Part shown: piece by piece, positions 54,282 to 63,032 of the stretch
Layout of the letters: every line of letters begins with the position of its first letter
Numbering within the stretch: position 1 is the stretch's first letter
The notes under the pieces: generated by a model
What the model saw: only the letters and a program-made list of their open reading frames with translations
Told to the model about the DNA's origin: nothing
Database searches by the model: none
Source of the DNA: a virus
Taxonomy: Duplodnaviria > Caudoviricetes
Length of the DNA stretch: 64,000 bases
IMG/VR virus record: IMGVR_UViG_3300028888_000052
Strand: one strand, 5' to 3'
Position numbers and translations under genes: made by a program

Positions 54282-55313
54282 ATGTCAGAGTATAAAAAAT
54301 TAGAGAACTTAATTAAAGACAAAAAAATTCTATATATTCCAATTTATTCATGTTTTGATTACAAGACTAATGAATTGAATTTTAAGGCTGATGGAAATAT
54401 TAATAGATTTTTAACTACATTTTTCTTTTGTAGAAATTATAAATCTTTAACAATTTTATATCCACCAACAGGAAATAATATTAATTGGTTTGAAACAACT
54501 TGTAAAAATATATTACATGATGTTAATTTAGAACCATGTAGTTTTATTGTAAAATCTGCTAAAATTGAGAGAAGTCTTGATTTTGCAAATAATGTTTTCA
54601 ATAGTTTAAAGTGTCTTTATGAATATGATTTTATTATTGTAGAATCTCAACATTTGTTTTTGAAATTTTATAATAATGGATATAAGAATTTAATTTATTG
54701 GTGTCCAGTTTGTGCAACTAATGAAAAGACAAGAGATTTTCTTGAACCATTCAAAGAATTAGATAGATATATATTTAGTATTGCTGAACATACAATAGTA
54801 GCATCAGATGACCAAGTAACATATTATAAAACTATTTGTAAAGATAAAGAACCTATTCAAATTAAAAAACTTATTAATAGAATTTTACCATGTTTTAATT
54901 ATACAAAACAAAAAGATGTGATAGAATTATTCAATAAGTTTAATAGTTATCATAAAATATTCTTACCATTTAGATTAACAGATAGAGGTTATCAAATGCA
55001 AGAAATATTTGATTATCTTTATAATGAATATAGAGGAACAAAGTCATTTAAAGTTTTTTATACTAATCCTAATAATTGTGACATATATCAATTTGCAAAA
55101 AATGACTCTTATAAGAAATTATTCATAGATAATAATTTTATTCAAGTTAGTAAAGATAGAGATACTTATTATACAATTATTGATGATTGTAATGTAATTA
55201 TTCCTTATTTTGAAGATATTGAATTTATATGTCATGCGGCAATTGATGAATTCAAATTTGGTCATTGTACTGTATGTAAAAATTTGGAAGAATTTAAATC
55301 TATATTGAATTAA
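54282..55313 (+). CDS. Putative glycosyltransferase (GT-B-like), first gene of the modification operon
   Basis: Two Rossmann-like halves (ILYIPIYS...DGNINRF; YDFIIVES; IFLPFRLTD; IIPYFED) and gene context; the fold is inferred. Confidence 0.45.
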   Translation: MSEYKKLENLIKDKKILYIPIYSCFDYKTNELNFKADGNINRFLTTFFFCRNYKSLTILYPPTGNNINWFETTCKNILHDVNLEPCSFIVKSAKIERSLDFANNVFNSLKCLYEYDFIIVESQHLFLKFYNNGYKNLIYWCPVCATNEKTRDFLEPFKELDRYIFSIAEHTIVASDDQVTYYKTICKDKEPIQIKKLINRILPCFNYTKQKDVIELFNKFNSYHKIFLPFRLTDRGYQMQEIFDYLYNEYRGTKSFKVFYTNPNNCDIYQFAKNDSYKKLFIDNNFIQVSKDRDTYYTIIDDCNVIIPYFEDIEFICHAAIDEFKFGHCTVCKNLEEFKSILN

Positions 55314-55330
55314 ATATATATCTTATTGTT

Positions 55331-55987
55331 ATGCCACAAAAAATACAAGATAAATTATCAAGTACTTTAAGAATTTTTAGTGATTTAATTGAATCACCTA
55401 GTTGTATAGATTTAATAAATGAATTAAAAGAAGTAAAGAATCCAACATTTATATTTAGTGGAGTAGGAAAGAATTGGTATATTTGTGAGAAAGAAGTGAA
55501 GACATTTATATCGATGGGATTAAATGCTAAATCATTAGATTGCACGCATGCATTACATGGTGATTTAGGTATGCTTATGAATGACAAAGAGTTAAAATAT
55601 ATATTCTTTGTATCTAAGTCAGGCAAAACAAATGAGATGCATAAGCTTATAGATGTCATAGTTGATTTAAAAGAGAAGAATATCATCAAGAATATCAATT
55701 TAATTATGCTTTGTTTGAATCCAACTATAGAAGATTCGATAGATGCGACAAAGTTTGAGTTTATATTAAAACCATCTATTAAATTTAAAGATATTGCAAA
55801 CATTGAATTAGATGATAGAAATCTTATACCAACATTGTCTATTAATATAACACAAGGTGTCTTAGATTATATTGGAGTAAATATCTATGAAAATAATCCA
55901 GAATTAATTGAAAATTATAAATATAACCATCTTGGTGGCTCAAATGGAAGAGCATTAGGAATGGAAAAATATTTAGAAGAAATATGA
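55331..55987 (+). CDS. kdsD: SIS-domain sugar-phosphate isomerase, arabinose-5-phosphate isomerase (KdsD/GutQ)-like, no CBS
   Basis: FSGVGKN, TFISMG, ALHGDLGM, SKSGKT.E, IPT.S, HLGGS.G (cf. HPGG.LG). Confidence 0.8.
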   Translation: MPQKIQDKLSSTLRIFSDLIESPSCIDLINELKEVKNPTFIFSGVGKNWYICEKEVKTFISMGLNAKSLDCTHALHGDLGMLMNDKELKYIFFVSKSGKTNEMHKLIDVIVDLKEKNIIKNINLIMLCLNPTIEDSIDATKFEFILKPSIKFKDIANIELDDRNLIPTLSINITQGVLDYIGVNIYENNPELIENYKYNHLGGSNGRALGMEKYLEEI

Positions 55988-57546
55988 ATATAATTATAGT
56001 AGCAGGTGGATTAGGTACAAGATTTCAAGATCTTTCAGTTTTTCCAAAAATTTTATTACCAACAAAAGCATATAACTCATTATTAGAACAAAATTATGAG
56101 ATATTTGTAAATGGATGGGATCATAAATTGTTTTTAATTATAAATGAAAAATATTATGATATGACAGTTAATTATTGTCATGTTAATAATATTGATGTAA
56201 AAATTATTAAGTCTACAAATACAAATGGATCATATAATACAATATTAAGTGTATATGATCAGATACCTCATGAAAATGTTTTATTTATTTGGTCAGATTT
56301 GGAATTGTCTTCTATAGATGATTCATTCAATCTAATAGATGATGATACAATATTCACTTATAATGGAGAATATAGATATGGTATAGATGATGGTAAAATT
56401 ACATATCATGATTTTTATGATGGTAATATTCCAGGAATTTATTATTTGACAAATCTTAATAGATATTTTTCTGATTATAGATTGGATGAAAATGATAATT
56501 ATGATTTAATAGAAGCAATTAAAGAATTTAATTATGATATTAATGCATGTGAGTATCAAGGTAAATTAGAAGAGTATAGAGATAAACAAACATATATAAA
56601 TCATATTAAAGAAACTAATTCAAATGTAGAACTGTCATTCAAAACAAGATTTTTTAATATGATTGAACCTGATTATTCAATACCGGGTGAATATAAAATC
56701 AAAAAGTGGGCGGTTAATTCTGATTATTATCATCTTATTAGAAAAGAATATGATTGGTATAATAAGCTTAAACAACAAGATTTAGGTAATTATACTTATG
56801 ATATGATTGTACCAAAAGTATATGATGGTATGATAAAAAATAATACAGGATTTGTAATGGCTTTATTGGATAATTATATGCCATTACATGAATTTATTAA
56901 AACAAGACCAGTAGAAGATGTTCAAAGAGTATATAAGACAATTCATCTCCATTTAGATGCATTATCAAGATGCAAGAAAGAAGTTGATGATTTAGATTTT
57001 TATCAAGATTTGAAAAAAGAAATTATCACAAAAGTAATAGATAGATGCGAGAAAATTAAATATATGCTTATTAAATATGAACCAGAACAATTACAAGTTT
57101 TATTAGAGGAAACATATAATTATTTATGTGATAATACAGAAATTATAAATCATAAGACTTTATATTGTGTTTGTCATGGTGATTTAAATGGATCTAATGT
57201 TTTAGTTCATAAAATTACAAATGATGTTAAGTTTATAGATCCACGTGGATATTTTGGTTATACAACATTTTATGGTTGGCAAGATTATGAATATGCAAAA
57301 TTATTATATTGTTTAGATGGGTATGATGATTTTAATAATCTTCCACAAGTATATGGATTAGATATTCCACAAAGATTGAAGTGGTTTGGTAAGATTAACT
57401 ATCTTAATAAAAAGAAATATAAAGTACTTGTAGGAGTAATTTGGATAGCATTAGCAGGTTATATTTCACAAGATATTATGAAAGCAAATATAGCTTATGA
57501 GTATGGTATACAAATGTTGCAAGAGTCATTAAAGGAAAATGAGTAA
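55984..57546 (+). CDS. Sugar-1-phosphate nucleotidyltransferase fused to an APH/choline-kinase-like phosphotransferase
   Basis: N-terminal IIVAGGLGTRF...PKILLP and WSD; C-terminal HGDLNGSN, FIDPRG.FG and YEYAK. Confidence 0.85.
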   Translation: MNIIIVAGGLGTRFQDLSVFPKILLPTKAYNSLLEQNYEIFVNGWDHKLFLIINEKYYDMTVNYCHVNNIDVKIIKSTNTNGSYNTILSVYDQIPHENVLFIWSDLELSSIDDSFNLIDDDTIFTYNGEYRYGIDDGKITYHDFYDGNIPGIYYLTNLNRYFSDYRLDENDNYDLIEAIKEFNYDINACEYQGKLEEYRDKQTYINHIKETNSNVELSFKTRFFNMIEPDYSIPGEYKIKKWAVNSDYYHLIRKEYDWYNKLKQQDLGNYTYDMIVPKVYDGMIKNNTGFVMALLDNYMPLHEFIKTRPVEDVQRVYKTIHLHLDALSRCKKEVDDLDFYQDLKKEIITKVIDRCEKIKYMLIKYEPEQLQVLLEETYNYLCDNTEIINHKTLYCVCHGDLNGSNVLVHKITNDVKFIDPRGYFGYTTFYGWQDYEYAKLLYCLDGYDDFNNLPQVYGLDIPQRLKWFGKINYLNKKKYKVLVGVIWIALAGYISQDIMKANIAYEYGIQMLQESLKENE

Positions 57547-58096
57547 GAAATTAATAGTAATAGAAGGATTTGATAGATGTGGCAAAGATACTTTAATGTC
57601 AGATCTATCAAATCTTAATAATGATTTTTATATTTATGGTAATGATTTGACAGGATTGCCAAAATATGATAAAGAACAAGAAGAATTTTTAGTTTGGTTA
57701 AATAAATTCATTAATAAACAAGTTAATGATCTGAATGAATTATTTAAAACACATGATACAATTGTCATGTGTAGATTGTTGATTTCTGATGAAGTATATA
57801 GCACTTTATTTAATAGAGAGCATACAGCTATTAAATATATGGATCAACTTAAAGATGTAGAGATAATTCATTATTGTTTATTATTTAAGAATTTTGATGA
57901 ATATTGTGATAGATTGAAAAAAATTGGAGATGAAAATATCCAATATGATTATGAAAATTTTAATAAAATTAATCAATTATATTTAGATAAACTTCAAGAA
58001 GTAAATTACAAATATTATATAAATTATATTTATTCATATACATCTAAAAGAAGTATTTTAGAAAATTTTTATACTTATTATGATAAAGTTAAATAA
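57539..58096 (+). CDS. Thymidylate-kinase-like (d)NMP kinase
   Basis: P-loop IVIEGFDRCGKDT; R..IS..VY. Confidence 0.8.
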   Translation: MSKKLIVIEGFDRCGKDTLMSDLSNLNNDFYIYGNDLTGLPKYDKEQEEFLVWLNKFINKQVNDLNELFKTHDTIVMCRLLISDEVYSTLFNREHTAIKYMDQLKDVEIIHYCLLFKNFDEYCDRLKKIGDENIQYDYENFNKINQLYLDKLQEVNYKYYINYIYSYTSKRSILENFYTYYDKVK

Positions 58097-59324
58097 TTTT
58101 ACAAAAGGAGAAAAGAAAGGAAAGACCATAGGAATTTTTAGCCCAAGTAGATTATCACCATATAAAGAGACAAAATTACCTGGTTGGCAAGAGTCATATA
58201 ATCTTATAAAATTCTTGAAAGATTATGTTGGTTATGACAAAGTATATATATTGAATTGGTATAAGAATGACAAGAGATATGAAAAGCTTAAAGAGCAATA
58301 TCCATATCTTTATAACTTAAAGAATATAGAACAAGCTTCTAAAGATATTGATGAGATATTACAAAAGCCAGATGGGTTAGTATGTTTTGGTGGAGCTTTA
58401 CACCCAACATATTATTATATTTGTTCATTGATTTGGTATAAGAGAAATGATCCTAATTTCAAATTATATTATTATGATCATGACCCACAATTTAATAAAT
58501 TCAATTTTGTAAAAGGAATATCTTCAAGAAAATCTTTAATAAATGTTGGAATGGGAGATTTGGAAAAAGAATATTCTGATATTTATTTAGAGCACCAAAA
58601 AGAATTAATAGAATATATTGATAACAATACTATTGGTCTTTATGGCGGTTTAGATTATGACTTATATTGCAAAAAACTTAAGGGTGATATGCCCAATATG
58701 AAACAATGGTTATATTTTGACATCAATGAATATTCTTTTGCTAATAATTTTGATTTCTCAAAGATTTTAACTGATATTAAGTTTGAAGATAAATATAAGT
58801 TTGGATATTTTGGTATTAAACGTAGAAATAAAATTAGACAAGATATCATCAATAATTTATTAGGTCAATTAGATAAATCCGGAATTATTATTGGTAATGT
58901 TAGTGAAATTATTGATTGTTCTTCTAAGTTTAATTGTATAGAATCTATGCAAATACCAGATTTGTATTATTTCTTGAATAACAATATTAAGTCATCATTA
59001 TTTATAACTGACCCAGCAAATTGGAATAATTATAAAAGTTTTAGATTTTTTGAGAATTTACTTTTAGATTATGTAGGTTTTATTTATAAGAAACAAGATG
59101 TTAATAAAATCTATATTAATAATGAAGAACTTAAATCATACATATATGTTGATGAAGATGATTTCTTAGGAAAAGTAAATCAAATATCTAGTGATGAGAA
59201 ATTATATAAGCATTTAGTTTATCTTGAAAGAAAAGAGTTTTATACCCAAATGTCATCATATATGTTAGACGAGAATAAAGTAATATTTGAAGATTGGTTA
59301 AATAAGCATAAAGATTATGAATAA
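58080..59324 (+). CDS. GT-B glycosyltransferase, resembles phage DNA beta-glucosyltransferase
   Basis: YYDHDP, FGYFG..RR, SSLFI.D...N.KSFRFFE.L and LYV-like elements parallel T4 BGT (FTDP, YGG.FR, TLRVWE). Confidence 0.55.
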   Translation: MIKLNNFTKGEKKGKTIGIFSPSRLSPYKETKLPGWQESYNLIKFLKDYVGYDKVYILNWYKNDKRYEKLKEQYPYLYNLKNIEQASKDIDEILQKPDGLVCFGGALHPTYYYICSLIWYKRNDPNFKLYYYDHDPQFNKFNFVKGISSRKSLINVGMGDLEKEYSDIYLEHQKELIEYIDNNTIGLYGGLDYDLYCKKLKGDMPNMKQWLYFDINEYSFANNFDFSKILTDIKFEDKYKFGYFGIKRRNKIRQDIINNLLGQLDKSGIIIGNVSEIIDCSSKFNCIESMQIPDLYYFLNNNIKSSLFITDPANWNNYKSFRFFENLLLDYVGFIYKKQDVNKIYINNEELKSYIYVDEDDFLGKVNQISSDEKLYKHLVYLERKEFYTQMSSYMLDENKVIFEDWLNKHKDYE

Positions 59325-60348
59325 ACAATTATCTGATAAAATATTTATATGTGGTCCATGTGCAGTTGAATCTAAGGAACAATTATTAGATATTGCAAAA
59401 GGATTAAAAGAAAATAATATAAATTGTCTTTTTAGAGCAGGTGTTTGGAAGCCAAGAACTAATCCTGGTAATTTTGAAGGTTTAGGAGAAATTGCAATCA
59501 AATGGATGTGTGAAGTTCGTAGAATATATGGATTTCAAATAGGTTGGGAAGTAGCTACCGAAGAACATATTTTGTTATCTCTTAAATATAAACCAGATTT
59601 TTTATGGATAGGAGCTAGAACTACGGTAAATCCATTTATGGTTGAAAAAATTGCCCAATTATTAGGAGATACAGATATTTCTATTTTTGTAAAAAATCCA
59701 TCAAATTCTGATTTTTCTCTTTGGTGTGGTGCTATTGAGAGATTATTAAATCATAATGTAAATGTAGTTGGAGTTATTCATCGTGGATTTTCTTCACAAA
59801 ACTTAGCAGATTATCGTAATGCACCTATGTGGTCAATTCCTATTAAACTTAAGAATAAATTCCCTAATTTATTATTGTTAGGAGATCCAAGTCACATGGG
59901 AGGTCATGATTTTCTTATTAAGGAAATTTCTCAAAAAATGATGAATTTGAATTATGATGGATTAATGATTGAAGTCCATAATAATCCTTTAGAAGCTTGG
60001 ACTGATGCTAAACAACAAATTACTCCCGAAGATTTAAAAGATATATTAGATACATTAGAAATACCTATCGAAAACACTAATAATGGTTTAGTTGAATATA
60101 GAATGCAAATTGATGAAATTGATGACCAAATTCTTTCATTAGTTAAACAAAGATTCGATATTACTAAAAAAATAGGTGAATGGAAACAAGAACATAATGT
60201 AGCTATATTCCAACAAGGTAGATATGAAGAAATATTAAAGAAAAATGAGATTAGAGCTAAACGATATAATTTAGATTTAGATTTAATAAATAATATCTTT
60301 AATGTTATACACGAAAAATCAGTAGAACAACAATTGAATAATGTATAA
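59317..60348 (+). CDS. Bifunctional type I-beta DAH7P synthase with C-terminal AroQ chorismate mutase
   Basis: GPCAVES, RAGVWKPRT.P..FEG.G, WIGART, VKNP, HRGF, DPSH, GLMIEVH..P..AWTDA.QQ; CM domain YR.QIDEID..IL.L..QR.....KIG..K. Confidence 0.92.
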   Translation: MNKQLSDKIFICGPCAVESKEQLLDIAKGLKENNINCLFRAGVWKPRTNPGNFEGLGEIAIKWMCEVRRIYGFQIGWEVATEEHILLSLKYKPDFLWIGARTTVNPFMVEKIAQLLGDTDISIFVKNPSNSDFSLWCGAIERLLNHNVNVVGVIHRGFSSQNLADYRNAPMWSIPIKLKNKFPNLLLLGDPSHMGGHDFLIKEISQKMMNLNYDGLMIEVHNNPLEAWTDAKQQITPEDLKDILDTLEIPIENTNNGLVEYRMQIDEIDDQILSLVKQRFDITKKIGEWKQEHNVAIFQQGRYEEILKKNEIRAKRYNLDLDLINNIFNVIHEKSVEQQLNNV

Positions 60349-60928
60349 AAATCGTCAAAAATTAGAAGTTTATAATAATTGGTTTGAGTATTTTAAAGAT
60401 TCTATAAGTAAAGATCATTTAGGATATAAAATTATATTTGTAAGTGATTGTGATGGTATTTTAACAGATGGTCGTAGCTATTTCAATGAAGTTAAGACTC
60501 ATAAGAGTTATGGATCCTATGATAAAGAAGCCGTCAAATTCATATGTGATTATATGGATGATGTAATATATTTTGTATCAGATGATAAAATAGGTTCTAA
60601 GATAACTGAGAATAGAATTAATCATCTAAAAAAATCTACTAATAATAAGCAAGTTTATTTCATGGTTCAATCACCTCAAGAAAGATATGAGTTGGTTAAA
60701 TCTTTGAAAACTCCAAAAAATATAGTTGTATTTATAGGAGATTCATTATCGGATATTCCAACATTATCTGTAGCTGATATTGCTATGACAACTAATAATG
60801 CACCTGGTGAAGTAAAGAAATATTGTAATTACATATCTTTATTAAATGGCGGAGTTGGTGGATTTGCTGATTGTATTTTTCACTTTTATGAAAATTTAAA
60901 AGATGTTAAATCTATTTTAAATATATAA
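60341..60928 (+). CDS. HAD phosphatase, KdsC/YrbI-like
   Basis: SDCDGILTDG, FIGDSLSD, GG.GG. Confidence 0.8.
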   Translation: MYKNRQKLEVYNNWFEYFKDSISKDHLGYKIIFVSDCDGILTDGRSYFNEVKTHKSYGSYDKEAVKFICDYMDDVIYFVSDDKIGSKITENRINHLKKSTNNKQVYFMVQSPQERYELVKSLKTPKNIVVFIGDSLSDIPTLSVADIAMTTNNAPGEVKKYCNYISLLNGGVGGFADCIFHFYENLKDVKSILNI

Positions 60929-60948
60929 ATATATGTTAAAATTTGTGA

Positions 60949-62040
60949 ATGGTTAACCAATTTAAAGTAGGATGTAATTTTGATTTAAAGTTAATAGACA
61001 AAGCAGTAGAATTAAACGAGAAATATAAAGGTAAAGCAGAAATTAAAGAATGGTTTGGTAGTGATGCACAAAATCATTTTGTAACTGCAAGACCAAAATG
61101 GAGATTACCAGAGATTGATGAAAAATTCTTTAAGGAATTTATTCAAAGATCAAGAGATAATGGTATTGTATTTAATTATACAATGAATAGCATTCAACCT
61201 TATGGATCAAAAGCAAATATGGTTGAACATAAACAAGAAATTCAAGATTTTGTTAAGAAACTTGAAGATATGGGTGTTTATCGTATCACATTTGCTAATC
61301 CAATGATGGGAATGTTTATTAGAGAAGTATCAAATATTGAATTAGAAATAAGTTGTATTTCACATATAGATACAGTTACACAATTCAAATATTTTCATGA
61401 GACATTAGGAGTTAATAAATTCTGTAATTCAATTTTGAAAAATAGAAATAGAGATTTCTTGAAAAATGTAGCAGAATATTGTAATGCTAATGGTATTATT
61501 CTTGAATTACTTGCTAATGAATTTTGTGGAGTAGCTGGCCCAAAATATGCAACACATTGCCCATATCGTGATTCTTGTTATTTATGTCATGCAACAAATG
61601 TGACAAAAGAAGATAGTATGTCATATGATAATTATCCAATGCATTTTTGTATGTTTGCAAGAGATGATCATAGTGATGAGGCTTGGTTAAGAATGAGATG
61701 GATTAGACCAGAGGATTTACATTATTACAATGACATTGGAATTAATTATTTCAAGATTTCTGGACGTACAGGTAGCACAGAATACGTTGCCAAGATGATG
61801 GAAGCATATATGTCAGAAAATTGGGAAGGTAATTTATTAAATCTTTGGAAACCACTACAAACAATATATAATGGCAAGAATGAATTTGAAGAAGAATTAC
61901 CAATACAGATTGATAATAAGAAATTAGATGGATTCTTAGACCATTGGTTTGATAAGAATTTTGAATGTGAAAATGAGATGTGTGGTACAACTTGTAATTA
62001 TTGTGAAAGATTTATGAATAAAATCAAAGGTAATGTTTAA
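60949..62040 (+). CDS. Peptidase U32-family Fe-S protein (putative O2-independent hydroxylase)
   Basis: FNYTMN, ELLANEFC-x8-C-x5-C, WIRPEDL..Y..IGI..FKISGR, C-terminal C-x4-C-x3-C-x2-C. Confidence 0.85.
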   Translation: MVNQFKVGCNFDLKLIDKAVELNEKYKGKAEIKEWFGSDAQNHFVTARPKWRLPEIDEKFFKEFIQRSRDNGIVFNYTMNSIQPYGSKANMVEHKQEIQDFVKKLEDMGVYRITFANPMMGMFIREVSNIELEISCISHIDTVTQFKYFHETLGVNKFCNSILKNRNRDFLKNVAEYCNANGIILELLANEFCGVAGPKYATHCPYRDSCYLCHATNVTKEDSMSYDNYPMHFCMFARDDHSDEAWLRMRWIRPEDLHYYNDIGINYFKISGRTGSTEYVAKMMEAYMSENWEGNLLNLWKPLQTIYNGKNEFEEELPIQIDNKKLDGFLDHWFDKNFECENEMCGTTCNYCERFMNKIKGNV

Positions 62041-62056
62041 ACATTACCTTTTTTTT
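62026..62056. terminator. Terminator ending the modification operon (convergent junction)
   Basis: AAAGGTAATGTTT/AAACATTACCTTTTTTTT. Confidence 0.85.
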
Positions 62057-62373
62057 ATGTATTTATTTTTTGAAGATTTATTATTTGTGACTTGTACTAT
62101 TATATCTTTTAATTTCTGTATATAATCTTTATTATCTTCTGGGTATATATCATTATCCACGAAATTCACAAATTCTTGTAATTGATTTTTTAATTCTAAA
62201 TTATCATTTAATAGTAGTTCTAATTCTTTTACATTAAATTTTGTTTTATTATATTCCGCAACTAATGTCAAAAATTCTGATAATTGATTTGGATTGAATT
62301 CAAACCATTTATCTAACATCCAAAATAAATTGTTATCTAATTCTTCTAATATAAATTCATTTAATGTTTTCAT
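62044..62373 (-). CDS. Hypothetical protein, capsid-targeting-like N-terminus
   Basis: MKTLNEFILE. Confidence 0.7.
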   Translation of the reverse strand: MKTLNEFILEELDNNLFWMLDKWFEFNPNQLSEFLTLVAEYNKTKFNVKELELLLNDNLELKNQLQEFVNFVDNDIYPEDNKDYIQKLKDIIVQVTNNKSSKNKYIKKR

Positions 62374-63032
62374 TTTTTATAAACTGCTATTTCACCATCT
62401 TTATTTTTCTTTATATCAAAATACTTTTCATATAATTTTGGTTTAGTATTATATTCTTTAATATTTAATGTCAAACCTTTATAACCTGAAAGTGATTTAA
62501 TTTCTTTAATAACAATGTTGATTAATCCTTCACTAATACCTGAATTAAAATGATTTTTATCTATTTGCATACTTAATATATGGTCATAATCTTTATACTC
62601 TAAAAATTCTGAAGGTCTTTCATATTTATCATGTGTTATAAAGAATAAACAACCATATACATTATCTTTATCTTCAGCAACTGCTATTCTTATTTTATTA
62701 TCATATCCTTTTTCAACAATATCTTTACCTTTATTAAGATTGTTGTTTTTGTAAATCTTCTCTTTTATTTGGTCATATTTATAAATATTATATTCGATTT
62801 TATTTTCTTCTGTATCTTGTTTATCTGAAGATTTTTCTGAAGATGTTTTCGAAGGTTCCAAAGTATGATGCTCTGGTTTTTCTTTTTTCTTTTTCTTGAA
62901 TTTTCCTTTAATCCAACTCCATGCTTTCTTAACACCATCTTTAAATTTTCCTTCATCTATTTGTTCTTCTAACAAGAATTTCAAGTCTTCTTCAATTTGG
63001 TATTTTATTAAATATTCTTTTAAGCTTTCCAT
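62370..63032 (-). CDS. GNAT-fold acetyltransferase-like protein with a processed-type N-terminus
   Basis: IAVAE....VYG.L...HILSMQID..HFNSGIS..LI, GLTL...LYEK; N-terminus MESLKEYL...IDE-G. Confidence 0.5.
   Translation of the reverse strand: MESLKEYLIKYQIEEDLKFLLEEQIDEGKFKDGVKKAWSWIKGKFKKKKKEKPEHHTLEPSKTSSEKSSDKQDTEENKIEYNIYKYDQIKEKIYKNNNLNKGKDIVEKGYDNKIRIAVAEDKDNVYGCLFFITHDKYERPSEFLEYKDYDHILSMQIDKNHFNSGISEGLINIVIKEIKSLSGYKGLTLNIKEYNTKPKLYEKYFDIKKNKDGEIAVYKK

Noticed and set aside
55331-60928. Reading the operon as a Kdo (KdsD-KdsA-KdsC-KdsB) LPS pathway
   Set aside because: The synthase has the DAH7PS KPRT motif rather than the KDO8PS KANRS motif and is fused to chorismate mutase. The NTase is of the GGxGTR sugar-1-P type with a kinase fusion. 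A dNMP kinase and U32 have no place in Kdo synthesis. Not fully excluded without assays.
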